The translations under genes and the position numbers were made by a program. This document shows positions 28,507-37,799 of a DNA stretch of 64,000 nt, one piece after another; the stretch's first letter is position 1, and each line of letters begins with the position of its first letter. Under the pieces are notes generated by a model. The model searched no databases. It saw only the letters and a list, made by a program, of their open reading frames with translations, and was not told where the DNA came from. Source of the stretch: an uncultured Marinoscillum sp. (GTDB taxonomy: Bacteria > Bacteroidota > Bacteroidia > Cytophagales > MED-G16); the NCBI GenBank assembly GCA_964553685.1, contig CAZKLB010000002.1, forward strand, positions 62,890-126,889. The letters are read 5' to 3'.

Positions 28507-29882
28507 TGGAGAAAATTTTATTCTTAATATCTGCGTTTCTACTCGTTTGGGGCCTAAGGCTTCAAAGTGATCCTGCCTCGGCAAGTAAAGGAAATAAATT
28601 AGCTTCCGTTGGTATGCTAACAGCAATTTTGTCAGCAATCATTATGCCACTGGAAGATAGTTTTTCTAATTTAATTTGGATACTTATCCCCCTATCATTC
28701 TCAGCAATTGCAGGATACCTAATTGCAAAAAATATACAAATGACCTCAATGCCACAGATGGTTTCAATATTTAATGGTTTAGGCGGTTTAAGTGCTGTAC
28801 TTCTTTCATATGCTGAAATTAATAAGTGGATCAATTTTCCGGATAGTTATGATAGTACTGTTGTTATCATTCTCATATTAAGTTTATTTATCGGTTCTGT
28901 CGCTTTTACTGGAAGTTTACTTGCTTTTGCTAAGTTGGACGGATATAGGTGGTCAGAGAAACTCACGTTGCCTTTACAACACATTATCAACTTAATATTT
29001 CTGGTAGGGATAGTAGTTATGTCATACTACTTTTTAAATAGTTCTGATATTATTTATTTATACTCCATTATTGCTATTTCTCTGGTTTATGGAGTGTTTT
29101 TTGTTGCTCCTATTGGTGGTGCTGATATGCCCGTTGTTATATCTTTATTGAATTCTTTTACGGGAATTACTGCAGCATTAACAGGTATAATATTTGGTAA
29201 TATCGTTATGCTTCTTGGTGGTATATTGGTTGGTGCTGCTGGAACAATACTAACAATACTAATGTGTAATGCTATGAATAGGTCTCTTTTAAATGTATTG
29301 GTTGGTGGATTCTCATCCAGTGGATCATCTCAAAAAGGAAAAGAACAAGGTGATATTAAAGAAATATCAGATTCTGATTTTGCTGTACAACTTTTCTATT
29401 CGAGTAAGGTAATTATCATACCTGGATATGGATTAGCTGTCGCTCAAGCTCAAAAATTATGTAAAGAAATACAAGAAATTTTGGAATCTAATGATGTAGA
29501 GGTTAAGTATGCTATTCATCCAGTTGCAGGAAGAATGCCAGGTCACATGAATGTTTTGTTAGCTGAAGCTGATGTGGACTACTCTAAACTAATAGAATTA
29601 GATCAAGCTAATGAAGAATTTAATACAACTGATGTAGCAGTTATTATTGGAGCTAATGATGTTGTTAATCCAGATGCAATTGATGACTCCTCAAGTCCGC
29701 TTTACGGAATGCCAATTCTTAAAGTATGGGATTCAAAGTCTACGGTTGTATTAAAAAGAAGTATGTCTGCTGGATATGCTGGCGTTCAAAATCCTCTATT
29801 TTTTAAGAAAAATAATAACATGTATTTTGGAGATGCTAAGGATAGTCTTCAAAGATTATCATCAGAGCTTAAAAATCTATAA
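28506..29882 (+). CDS. pntB: NAD(P) transhydrogenase subunit beta (dII+dIII)
   Basis: Membrane N-terminal part plus dIII motifs PGYGLAVAQAQ, IHPVAGRMPGHMNVLLAEA and IGANDVVNP. Confidence 0.9.
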   Translation: MEKILFLISAFLLVWGLRLQSDPASASKGNKLASVGMLTAILSAIIMPLEDSFSNLIWILIPLSFSAIAGYLIAKNIQMTSMPQMVSIFNGLGGLSAVLLSYAEINKWINFPDSYDSTVVIILILSLFIGSVAFTGSLLAFAKLDGYRWSEKLTLPLQHIINLIFLVGIVVMSYYFLNSSDIIYLYSIIAISLVYGVFFVAPIGGADMPVVISLLNSFTGITAALTGIIFGNIVMLLGGILVGAAGTILTILMCNAMNRSLLNVLVGGFSSSGSSQKGKEQGDIKEISDSDFAVQLFYSSKVIIIPGYGLAVAQAQKLCKEIQEILESNDVEVKYAIHPVAGRMPGHMNVLLAEADVDYSKLIELDQANEEFNTTDVAVIIGANDVVNPDAIDDSSSPLYGMPILKVWDSKSTVVLKRSMSAGYAGVQNPLFFKKNNNMYFGDAKDSLQRLSSELKNL

Positions 29883-29895
29883 ATATTTTTTTAAA

Positions 29896-29919
29896 TTGAA
29901 CTTATGAGTAGAAGTTCAA
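29896..29919 (+). promoter_or_regulatory. Weak AT-rich hairpin enclosing the sulfatase start codon (possible pntB terminator or translational element)
   Basis: TTGAACTT-ATGAGTAG-AAGTTCAA 8-bp inverted repeat with the ATG at 29904 in the loop. A T-rich tract follows. Confidence 0.25.
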
Positions 29920-31430
29920 TACTTATTTTCTTTTTTTTAATTTCTTCTTGCAATTTTTTAGAAAATGATAAGCCAAACATAATTTTATTTTTTTATGACG
30001 ACTTGGGTTATGGTGAATTAGGCGTTTATGGACAAAAAATTATTCAAACTAAGAATATTGACAAGCTAGCTGAGAGTGGACTTAAGTTTACTAATTTTTA
30101 CACTGGATCACCTGTATGTGCCCCTTCAAGAAGTATTTTACTTACTGGTCTTCATGGAGGGCATACAAAAATCAGAGGTAATCATGAGTATGGTAGTAGA
30201 GGAGATGTTTGGGATTATAATAAAATGTCTGAAGATCCCAATTTGGAGGGGCAGTATCCAATTGGTAAGGAGGAGCTAATTTTCCCTAAACTTTTAAAAG
30301 GAAATGGTTATACAAATGGAATGGTTGGGAAGTGGGGTTTAGGCCCACCAAATTCTGAATCTGTTCCTACCGAAATGGGCTTTGATTATTTTTACGGTTA
30401 TAACTGTCAAAGAATGGCTCATAATCTTTACCCTCCACATTTATGGGAAAATAATGAAAAAGATATGCTTAATAATAAAATTGTATCTCCTAAATTAAAA
30501 CTTTTACCAGACCAAGACCCATACGATGAAAAAAACTATAGTGTTTTTAATCAGATTGACTATGCACCCGATAAAATGCATGTAAAAGCACAAGAATTTA
30601 TTGAAAGCAATAAGGATAATCCTTTTTTTCTTTATTATGCTAGTCCAATACCACATGCTCCCTTACAAGCACCAAAAAAACTTATAAATAAGTATAGAGA
30701 TATAATTGGTGAAGAAGATCCTTATTTGGGTAATGTTGGATATTTCCCTACTAGGTATCCAAGGGCTACATATGCTGCTATGATTGAATATATTGATATT
30801 CAAGTTGGTGAAATTGTAGAGCAACTGAAAAGATTAGATATTTATGATAATACTATCATTTTAATAACCAGTGATAATGGACCTACATATGCTGGAGGAG
30901 TAGACTTTGAATATTTTAATAGTACTGGAATTTTTCAAAACGACCCTAAAAGAATGAAAGGGTACACATATGAAGGAGGTGTTAGGGTACCTTTTATTAT
31001 ATCATGGCCCCAAATGGTTAAAAAAGGTAGAGTAGTTGATGATATATCCATTTCCTATGATATTTTTCCTACACTTGTTGAGTTAACAGGGTCTGATATT
31101 TTTTCATATTCTACAGATGGAGTTAGCTTAGTTGATATTATAAATGATGACAGTAAAATTATAAACAGAGACTATATTTATTGGGAGTTTCCCTCTTATG
31201 GTGGGCAGCAAGCTGCAAGAATGGGGAATTATAAAGCCATATTAATGGATATTAAAAAAGGAAATCAAAAAATTGAGTTATATGACCTTTCTGTCGATAT
31301 CAAGGAAGAAAATGATATATCTTTAGATTTTCCTGAGATAGTTAAAGAATTTGAAAATATTTTTAAGAAAGAACATGAAAAGTCTGATATTAAAAGATTT
31401 GAAATGGGCTATATTGATGAAGTAAAATAA
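29904..31430 (+). CDS. Sulfatase (Cys-type, formylglycine-dependent), lipoprotein
   Basis: Signal FFLISSC and sulfatase signature SPVCAPSRSILLTGLH. DNGP is present. Confidence 0.85.
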   Translation: MSRSSILIFFFLISSCNFLENDKPNIILFFYDDLGYGELGVYGQKIIQTKNIDKLAESGLKFTNFYTGSPVCAPSRSILLTGLHGGHTKIRGNHEYGSRGDVWDYNKMSEDPNLEGQYPIGKEELIFPKLLKGNGYTNGMVGKWGLGPPNSESVPTEMGFDYFYGYNCQRMAHNLYPPHLWENNEKDMLNNKIVSPKLKLLPDQDPYDEKNYSVFNQIDYAPDKMHVKAQEFIESNKDNPFFLYYASPIPHAPLQAPKKLINKYRDIIGEEDPYLGNVGYFPTRYPRATYAAMIEYIDIQVGEIVEQLKRLDIYDNTIILITSDNGPTYAGGVDFEYFNSTGIFQNDPKRMKGYTYEGGVRVPFIISWPQMVKKGRVVDDISISYDIFPTLVELTGSDIFSYSTDGVSLVDIINDDSKIINRDYIYWEFPSYGGQQAARMGNYKAILMDIKKGNQKIELYDLSVDIKEENDISLDFPEIVKEFENIFKKEHEKSDIKRFEMGYIDEVK

Positions 31431-31435
31431 TAAAA

Positions 31436-32830
31436 ATGAATAAAATAAATAGAAGAAATTTTTTAAAGAAAACATCATTATCTAGTGCTGCTATAGCAAC
31501 AGCATCAGCTCTTTCAAGTTCGGGTCGATCAAGTAAAAGAGACCAAAAGTCAGCATATATGGGTGATTTCAGAGCACCAAAATTAAATAATGTAAGAGTT
31601 GCATTCATTGGTGTTGGAGCAAGAGGTACAGGTCATGCTAAACAAATTGCTACAATAGATGGTACTGAAGTTGTAGGCATATCAGACTTATATGAGGATT
31701 TAGCAGAAAGATCTAGTAAAATTTGTAAAGAAATTGATGAGAAGAGACATCAAAATATAAAACTTTATCATTCAGGTGAAAATGATTGGATTAATATGCT
31801 TAAAGAATTGAAACCTGACGCTGTTTTTATATCAACTAACTGGGATAATCATGCACCAATGGTTCTTGAGTCAATGGAAAGGGGATCTCATGCATTTGTT
31901 GAAGTTCCAATGGCTACTAATATTGAAGATCTTTGGAAAATTATTGATACGTCTGAACGTACAAAAAAACATTGTATGATGATGGAAAATGTAAATTATG
32001 GAAGAGATGAATTAATGTTCTTAAATATGTGCAGAAAAGGTATAATTGGAGATTTTCTTCATGCAGAGGCAGCTTATATTCATGAGTTAAGATTTCAAAT
32101 GGAGGAACAAGAAAGAGGAACAGGTTCATGGAGGACCTATCATTATGCAAAAGGAAGAGGAAACTTATATCCTACTCATGGACTAGGACCGGTTGCACAG
32201 TATATGAATCTTGCTAGAGGTGATGATAATTTTAAATCCTTGATTTCTTATTCAACTCCATCACTTGGAAGAGAATTATATGCAAAAAAAAATTATTCAA
32301 AAGACCATAAATGGAATAAGTTAAATTATAAAAATGGGGATCTTAACACTTCAATAGTAAAAACTCATCTGGGTAGAACTGTTATGATTCAGTGGGATGA
32401 AACTAGTCCCAGACCGTATTCAAGACATAATTTAATCCAGGGAACAAAAGGTACACTTGCAGGATTTCCAACTAGAGTTGCTCTTGAAGGAGGGGTAGAG
32501 GGTATTACAAAAAACCATCATTCATGGGCACAAGGAGATGACATAAAAAAATTATATGATAAGTATGATCATCCACTCTACAAAAGAATTGGAGATGAAG
32601 CAAAAAAGATGGGAGGACATGGAGGGATGGATTTTATAATGAGATATAGAATTATTGAATGTCTAAGAAAAGGCCAGCCTCTTGATCAGAATGTGTATGA
32701 GGGATGTTTTTGGAGTGCAGTGACACCCTTAAGTGCTCTCTCTATAGAGAGAAATGGTGCACCACAAGCTTTTCCTGACTTTACAAGAGGTCAATGGAAT
32801 GTAACAAAAGAATTAAAAATTATATCCTAA
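31436..32830 (+). CDS. Tat-exported Gfo/Idh/MocA oxidoreductase-fold protein, GH109-like (NAD-dependent glycosidase family)
   Basis: Tat signal MNKINRRNFLKKTSLSSAAIATASA and Rossmann motif VAFIGVGARGTGH. The length and layout resemble alpha-N-acetylgalactosaminidase GH109 (from memory). Confidence 0.7.
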   Translation: MNKINRRNFLKKTSLSSAAIATASALSSSGRSSKRDQKSAYMGDFRAPKLNNVRVAFIGVGARGTGHAKQIATIDGTEVVGISDLYEDLAERSSKICKEIDEKRHQNIKLYHSGENDWINMLKELKPDAVFISTNWDNHAPMVLESMERGSHAFVEVPMATNIEDLWKIIDTSERTKKHCMMMENVNYGRDELMFLNMCRKGIIGDFLHAEAAYIHELRFQMEEQERGTGSWRTYHYAKGRGNLYPTHGLGPVAQYMNLARGDDNFKSLISYSTPSLGRELYAKKNYSKDHKWNKLNYKNGDLNTSIVKTHLGRTVMIQWDETSPRPYSRHNLIQGTKGTLAGFPTRVALEGGVEGITKNHHSWAQGDDIKKLYDKYDHPLYKRIGDEAKKMGGHGGMDFIMRYRIIECLRKGQPLDQNVYEGCFWSAVTPLSALSIERNGAPQAFPDFTRGQWNVTKELKIIS

Positions 32831-35800
32831 TTTTCCTCTCCAATAATTAATGGAGAATCAGTATTATCAAGTTCAACTTTCAAGTTTGGTAATTTTCCAA
32901 GTATAACATTTAATTCAACATCGAGTTTATCCATCATACTAGTTGCAATACTTAAACTTTGCTTGTGTTGTCCTGTAGGACCGTAAGTTGATGATAAGCC
33001 TCTTGATGCATTACTAATAAATGTACTTATAGTAGGATCATTGTCAAGGCCAATCTCTGACTTTGCGGAATTCCCATATACTTTAACACTAAGATTGTTT
33101 AGTTCCTCTAACAAATTAAATAACTTAGAGCTAAGGTCATTATTTTCATTTTTTGCCTTACTTAATGAAAGCCTCATAGCCTTTACAGTGTTTATATTAT
33201 CATTTAACTTTTTATAAAAGGCTTGTTGTCTATCTTGAATTTGAATTAAGTTTTCAGCATGGTTATTATATTCAGTATAAGACATTCCACTAAGAGTACT
33301 TCTATTTAAATCAACAACATTAAAATTTATTGGTCCATCTAAAATAGTTGAAACACCTTCAGAAACTTTAGTTAATGTTGCAGTATAAGATCCTGGTGAT
33401 GCAAGATGACCTGAACGAGAATTTCTCCATCCACCTCTTCCACTAGATGATCTCATTCTATCAGGATTTATTGCGTTTGACCTTGAATGCCTTAAATCCC
33501 AAGAAACTCTATTTAGCCCCTTAGATTTTGATCCATTTATCGAGTTAATTATATTCCCGTCTGTATCTTTTACTACCAACATAATTTTAGTGCCTTCTTC
33601 TCTAGATTCTTTTTCTAATGAATTCCAATCAATTCCAGGAATTTGTTGACCTTTTTTAATCATTTCTTTCTCTTTTTTTGATCTTTCAGACTTCATTGAA
33701 GGATAAGATTTAGATAAATGATATGTAAATACTGCGCCAAATTCAGGGTTGTCTGCAAAATAATAGTCCCCACCTGTATTTCCAACGGTACTTCTAGGAA
33801 TATACCAGAGAGCATCTCTTGTGTTAAATAATGCACCCTCTTGAGATAATCTCTCCGGAGACATTTCTCTTAGGGCAGAGTAGTCATCTAAGACAAAAAA
33901 TCCTCTTCCAAATGATGCTGCTACTAAATCATTCTCCCTTTTTTGAATTGTAATATCTCTAAATGATATTGTTGGTGCACCTGGTACTTTATGCCATTTC
34001 TTACCACCGTCAATTGTAACATAAATTGCTGTTTCTGTAGCGCAAAACATTAAATCCTTAGAGACATGATCTTGAACAAGTCTCCAAATAAGATTTCTTT
34101 TAGGAAGATTATTAGATATCGATGTCCAAGTTTCACCCAAATCTGTGCTTTTGAACAGATAGGGACTGAAATCACCTTCTTTATGATTATCAAGAGAAAC
34201 ATAAACTGTGTTCTCATCAAAATTATCAGCTTTTATATCATTAATAAATGTTCTTTCAGATAAACCTAGTCTTGTAACTGGAATTTTTTTCCATGAATCT
34301 CCTCCGTTAGTTGTTACTTGTATGATTCCATCATCTGTACCAACATATATAACTCCCTCTCTAACAGGTGACTCAGATATTGATGTAATTGTATTATAGT
34401 TAGACATGGCACCAAAATCCCAGGAATTATCAAATCCATGTCTTCTACCCATTATAGGTAAATTAAGTCTTTCTTCATTTCGCGTTAGATCTCCAGACAC
34501 TGGTTCCCAACTATCTCCTCTATTCTCAGACTTCCAAAGCCTTTGTGAGGCAAAATAAAGCCTTGATGGTTTATGTGGACTAACTAAAATAGGAGAGTCC
34601 CAATTCCATCTTTCATATTTCTCACCTTCTCTTGGTTGAGGCTGAATAAGAACTGCTTCTCCGGTTTTAAGATCAACTCTATGTAACACTCCTTGTTGAA
34701 ATTCACCATAAACAATATCATTGTACTCTGGATCAGTTGCTGTTTGATGACCATCAGCTCCAAGAATTTTATACCAATGTGCATTTCTTATGCCTTGTCT
34801 TTCGTCAGTTCTTGAGGGCCCTCCAGCAGAACCATTATCTTGTGTACCTCCAAAAATATGATAAAATGGAAATGCGTTATTTACAGCAACTTTATAAAAC
34901 TGAGTAATTGGTAAATTCTTATGATATTTCCATGTTTCAGCAAGATCAAATGACTCATAAATTCCAGCATCAGTTCCTACTAGCAAGTAATTAGGATCAT
35001 CATCTCTAAAAGCTATCGCATGATTATCTGAATGTTTTGCTCTCTCTGTTAATTCAACAAAAGTTCTACCCCCATCTTCTGAAGTTAATATTCTAACATT
35101 CATTAAATAAAGTCTATCAAATTTATGTGGAGATGCAAATAATTCTTGGTAATAATGTGGCCCAGTTCCATATCCAAGTGATAAGTCACTCATTTTTTTC
35201 CAAGATGATCCCCTATCTTCAGATCTATATACTGCACCTTTTCTTTTTTCTAATTCAACAGATGCATACAAAATATCTGGTTTCTGAGGAGATAATGTAA
35301 AACCAATTTTACCAGCATAGTTTGGCAATCCTGATTTAAGTTCCGTCCATGATTCCCCGCCATCTTCAGACCTATGAAGACCAGACTCAGGTCCTCCTCC
35401 CATTAGAGCTGCAACAGTTCTATGTCTTTGCCAAGTAGCAGCATATATTCTATCAGGATTACGTGGGTCCATATGTATATCAGTTACACCAGTCCATTCA
35501 CCTCCTCCTAAAACTTTTTTCCAATTTTTTCCTCCATCGATTGTCTTATATAACCCTCTTTCTCCACCCGGACTCCAAAGTGGTCCCTGAGAAGCAACCC
35601 AAATAACATCTGAGTTGTCAGGATGAATGATTATTTCAGATATATGCTCAGATTTTCTTAAGCCCATATTAGTCCAAGATCTCCCCCCGTCTTCGCTTTT
35701 AAAAATTCCATCACCATAAGCAACATGTCTACCACCAACATTTTCACCTGTGCCTAACCATATAATGGAAGGGTCACTAGGATCTATGGTTATACATCCT

Positions 35801-36099
35801 GTTGAGTATGTCGATTCTCTATCAAAAATAGGTTCATATGTTGTTCCTGAATTTTCAGTTTTCCAAACTCCACTTGATCCAGTGGCTACATACCAAACAT
35901 TATCATTTTCTGGATGTATTGCAATATCTGCAATTCTTCCAGATAAAAATGCAGGCCCTACATTTCTGAGTTTCATTGCTGAAAGCGAAAGAGATTTTTC
36001 CTCTGACTTAGTTGAAGTACTTGTATTTGCTCTTCTCCTTTGAGAGAATACGTCAAATATGAAAAGTGATAATAGAGAATATAAAAATAGTTTTTTCAT
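32827..36099 (-). CDS. BNR/Asp-box repeat (sortilin/VPS10- or GH74-like) double beta-propeller protein, secreted
   Basis: Signal peptide and repeated Asp-boxes SEDGGRSWT, TIDGGKNWK, SEDGGESWT, SEDRGSSWK, TNGGDSWK, STDLGETWT and TIDGGKKWH. The last 250-300 aa are non-repeat and coiled-coil-like. Confidence 0.75.
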   Translation of the reverse strand: MKKLFLYSLLSLFIFDVFSQRRRANTSTSTKSEEKSLSLSAMKLRNVGPAFLSGRIADIAIHPENDNVWYVATGSSGVWKTENSGTTYEPIFDRESTYSTGCITIDPSDPSIIWLGTGENVGGRHVAYGDGIFKSEDGGRSWTNMGLRKSEHISEIIIHPDNSDVIWVASQGPLWSPGGERGLYKTIDGGKNWKKVLGGGEWTGVTDIHMDPRNPDRIYAATWQRHRTVAALMGGGPESGLHRSEDGGESWTELKSGLPNYAGKIGFTLSPQKPDILYASVELEKRKGAVYRSEDRGSSWKKMSDLSLGYGTGPHYYQELFASPHKFDRLYLMNVRILTSEDGGRTFVELTERAKHSDNHAIAFRDDDPNYLLVGTDAGIYESFDLAETWKYHKNLPITQFYKVAVNNAFPFYHIFGGTQDNGSAGGPSRTDERQGIRNAHWYKILGADGHQTATDPEYNDIVYGEFQQGVLHRVDLKTGEAVLIQPQPREGEKYERWNWDSPILVSPHKPSRLYFASQRLWKSENRGDSWEPVSGDLTRNEERLNLPIMGRRHGFDNSWDFGAMSNYNTITSISESPVREGVIYVGTDDGIIQVTTNGGDSWKKIPVTRLGLSERTFINDIKADNFDENTVYVSLDNHKEGDFSPYLFKSTDLGETWTSISNNLPKRNLIWRLVQDHVSKDLMFCATETAIYVTIDGGKKWHKVPGAPTISFRDITIQKRENDLVAASFGRGFFVLDDYSALREMSPERLSQEGALFNTRDALWYIPRSTVGNTGGDYYFADNPEFGAVFTYHLSKSYPSMKSERSKKEKEMIKKGQQIPGIDWNSLEKESREEGTKIMLVVKDTDGNIINSINGSKSKGLNRVSWDLRHSRSNAINPDRMRSSSGRGGWRNSRSGHLASPGSYTATLTKVSEGVSTILDGPINFNVVDLNRSTLSGMSYTEYNNHAENLIQIQDRQQAFYKKLNDNINTVKAMRLSLSKAKNENNDLSSKLFNLLEELNNLSVKVYGNSAKSEIGLDNDPTISTFISNASRGLSSTYGPTGQHKQSLSIATSMMDKLDVELNVILGKLPNLKVELDNTDSPLIIGEEN

Positions 36100-36208
36100 G
36101 GTTAATGGTTTGGTTGTCTTTAAAATTCAAATTATAATATATAAATTTTTAATTATTTATTATATTATTTTTTTAGAATCATTAATTTTTTTTAGATATT
36201 TATAAAAA

Positions 36209-36601
36209 ATGATTATGGATTTATTAGAAGGTAACGGGATTATATATGTTTTTCAAGCTGTTATAGGTTTATCAGTACTGAGAGTTTGGTTAATAAATAT
36301 TAATAAACCATCAAAATGGAGAGGGGGTAATGCTTTATCAATGAAAGAGGAATTTAAAGTATACGGCTTACCAGATTGGTTTCTCTACATGGTAGGGTTT
36401 TTGAAAGTTACATTTTCATTAGGTCTTATTGTAGGTTTCTGGATTCCAGATACTATCGTTCCTTCTGCATTAGGTATTGCATTTTTTATGTTTTTTGCTA
36501 TCTTGATGCATTTGAAGGTAAAAGATCCAATAATTAAGTCTTTGCCTGCTACTACTTTTTTAGTTTTGTCAGTTTTAATAGTCTTATTTTTTGAAAATTA
36601 G
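36209..36601 (+). CDS. DoxX-like small membrane protein
   Basis: 130 aa with 4 TM segments and a DoxX-like layout. The call is weak. Confidence 0.5.
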   Translation: MIMDLLEGNGIIYVFQAVIGLSVLRVWLININKPSKWRGGNALSMKEEFKVYGLPDWFLYMVGFLKVTFSLGLIVGFWIPDTIVPSALGIAFFMFFAILMHLKVKDPIIKSLPATTFLVLSVLIVLFFEN

Positions 36602-37796
36602 GAATTATTTAGTTTTTATTTTTTTTCTATCTTCTTGTTTTAGCAACAATGACCTTAGAGAAATACACCTTGGTTTGGGGTCAGAATCTAGTGAACCCTT
36701 CTTATTATCATCCAAGGATAATCTATTTTTAAGTTGGACAGAGGAAAAAGAAGATTCGGTATTCCTCTATCAGGGAAAAATTCATAATGATAAGTTGATC
36801 GATAAAAAATTAATAAATAAAGGTGTTGATTGGTTTGTTAATTGGGCAGATTTCCCCTCAATTTCTTATAATGATATAAATGGTAATATGATGTCATTTA
36901 ATCTTAAAAAAAGCTCTGCAGCAACATTTTCATACGATGTTATTTACCATTTTAAAAATAATGGTAACTGGATAAATAAAAAAAAATTACACAATGACAA
37001 TACCTTTACCGAGCACGGTTTTGTTTCTATTCAACCATTTAATGAAGGTTTTATAGCTAGCTGGCTTGATGGTAGGAATACAAAACTAGATCCAAATTCA
37101 TCGGGGCATCATGGAAATGGTTCAATGAGTCTACGATCTGCAATAATCAATAATAATGGAGATATAATTGATGAAAATTTAGTTGACAATAAAGTATGTG
37201 ATTGTTGTCAGACGTCTATGACAATATCAAATGGGATCCCAATACTTGTTTACAGAGATAGAACAGATGATGAGAAAAGAGATATATCAATTTCAAGATA
37301 TGTCAATAATAAGTGGACAAAATCAAGGCCTATTAATGATGACAACTGGATAATTAACGGATGTCCTGTAAATGGTCCTAATATTGACTCCTATGAGGAT
37401 AATGTTGTTGTATCTTGGTTTTCTGCTTCAAATGGAATTCCAAAAGTAAATATTAAATTTTCAAATGATAGAGGAAGTTCTTTTGGTGATAAAATATTAG
37501 TTAATGATATTGATAAAACACCTATAGGCAGGGTAGATGTAGAGTTTTTAGATAAAGATGAAGTGTTAGTCAGTTGGTTATCTTCACTTAACGGAAAAGG
37601 TTATTTAAATATGAGAAAAATAAATCTGAAGGGAAGTCTAGGAGATATTATTTCATTAGATGATATATCCTCTCAAAGATCAACAGGTTTTCCTCAAATC
37701 GAGAAGTTTTTAAATGATATTTATATAAGTTGGACAGATAGCGATGGTAACTCAAAAAATGTAAAGACTTATAGACTACCTGTATCTTACCTTTGA
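36591..37796 (+). CDS. Lipoprotein with sialidase/BNR-like beta-propeller features (unknown function)
   Basis: TTG start overlapping the DoxX stop by 11 nt. Lipobox FFLSSC, Asp-box-like SNDRGSSF, and an unusual VCDCCQTS segment. Confidence 0.4.
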   Translation: MKIRNYLVFIFFLSSCFSNNDLREIHLGLGSESSEPFLLSSKDNLFLSWTEEKEDSVFLYQGKIHNDKLIDKKLINKGVDWFVNWADFPSISYNDINGNMMSFNLKKSSAATFSYDVIYHFKNNGNWINKKKLHNDNTFTEHGFVSIQPFNEGFIASWLDGRNTKLDPNSSGHHGNGSMSLRSAIINNNGDIIDENLVDNKVCDCCQTSMTISNGIPILVYRDRTDDEKRDISISRYVNNKWTKSRPINDDNWIINGCPVNGPNIDSYEDNVVVSWFSASNGIPKVNIKFSNDRGSSFGDKILVNDIDKTPIGRVDVEFLDKDEVLVSWLSSLNGKGYLNMRKINLKGSLGDIISLDDISSQRSTGFPQIEKFLNDIYISWTDSDGNSKNVKTYRLPVSYL

Positions 37797-37799
37797 TAT

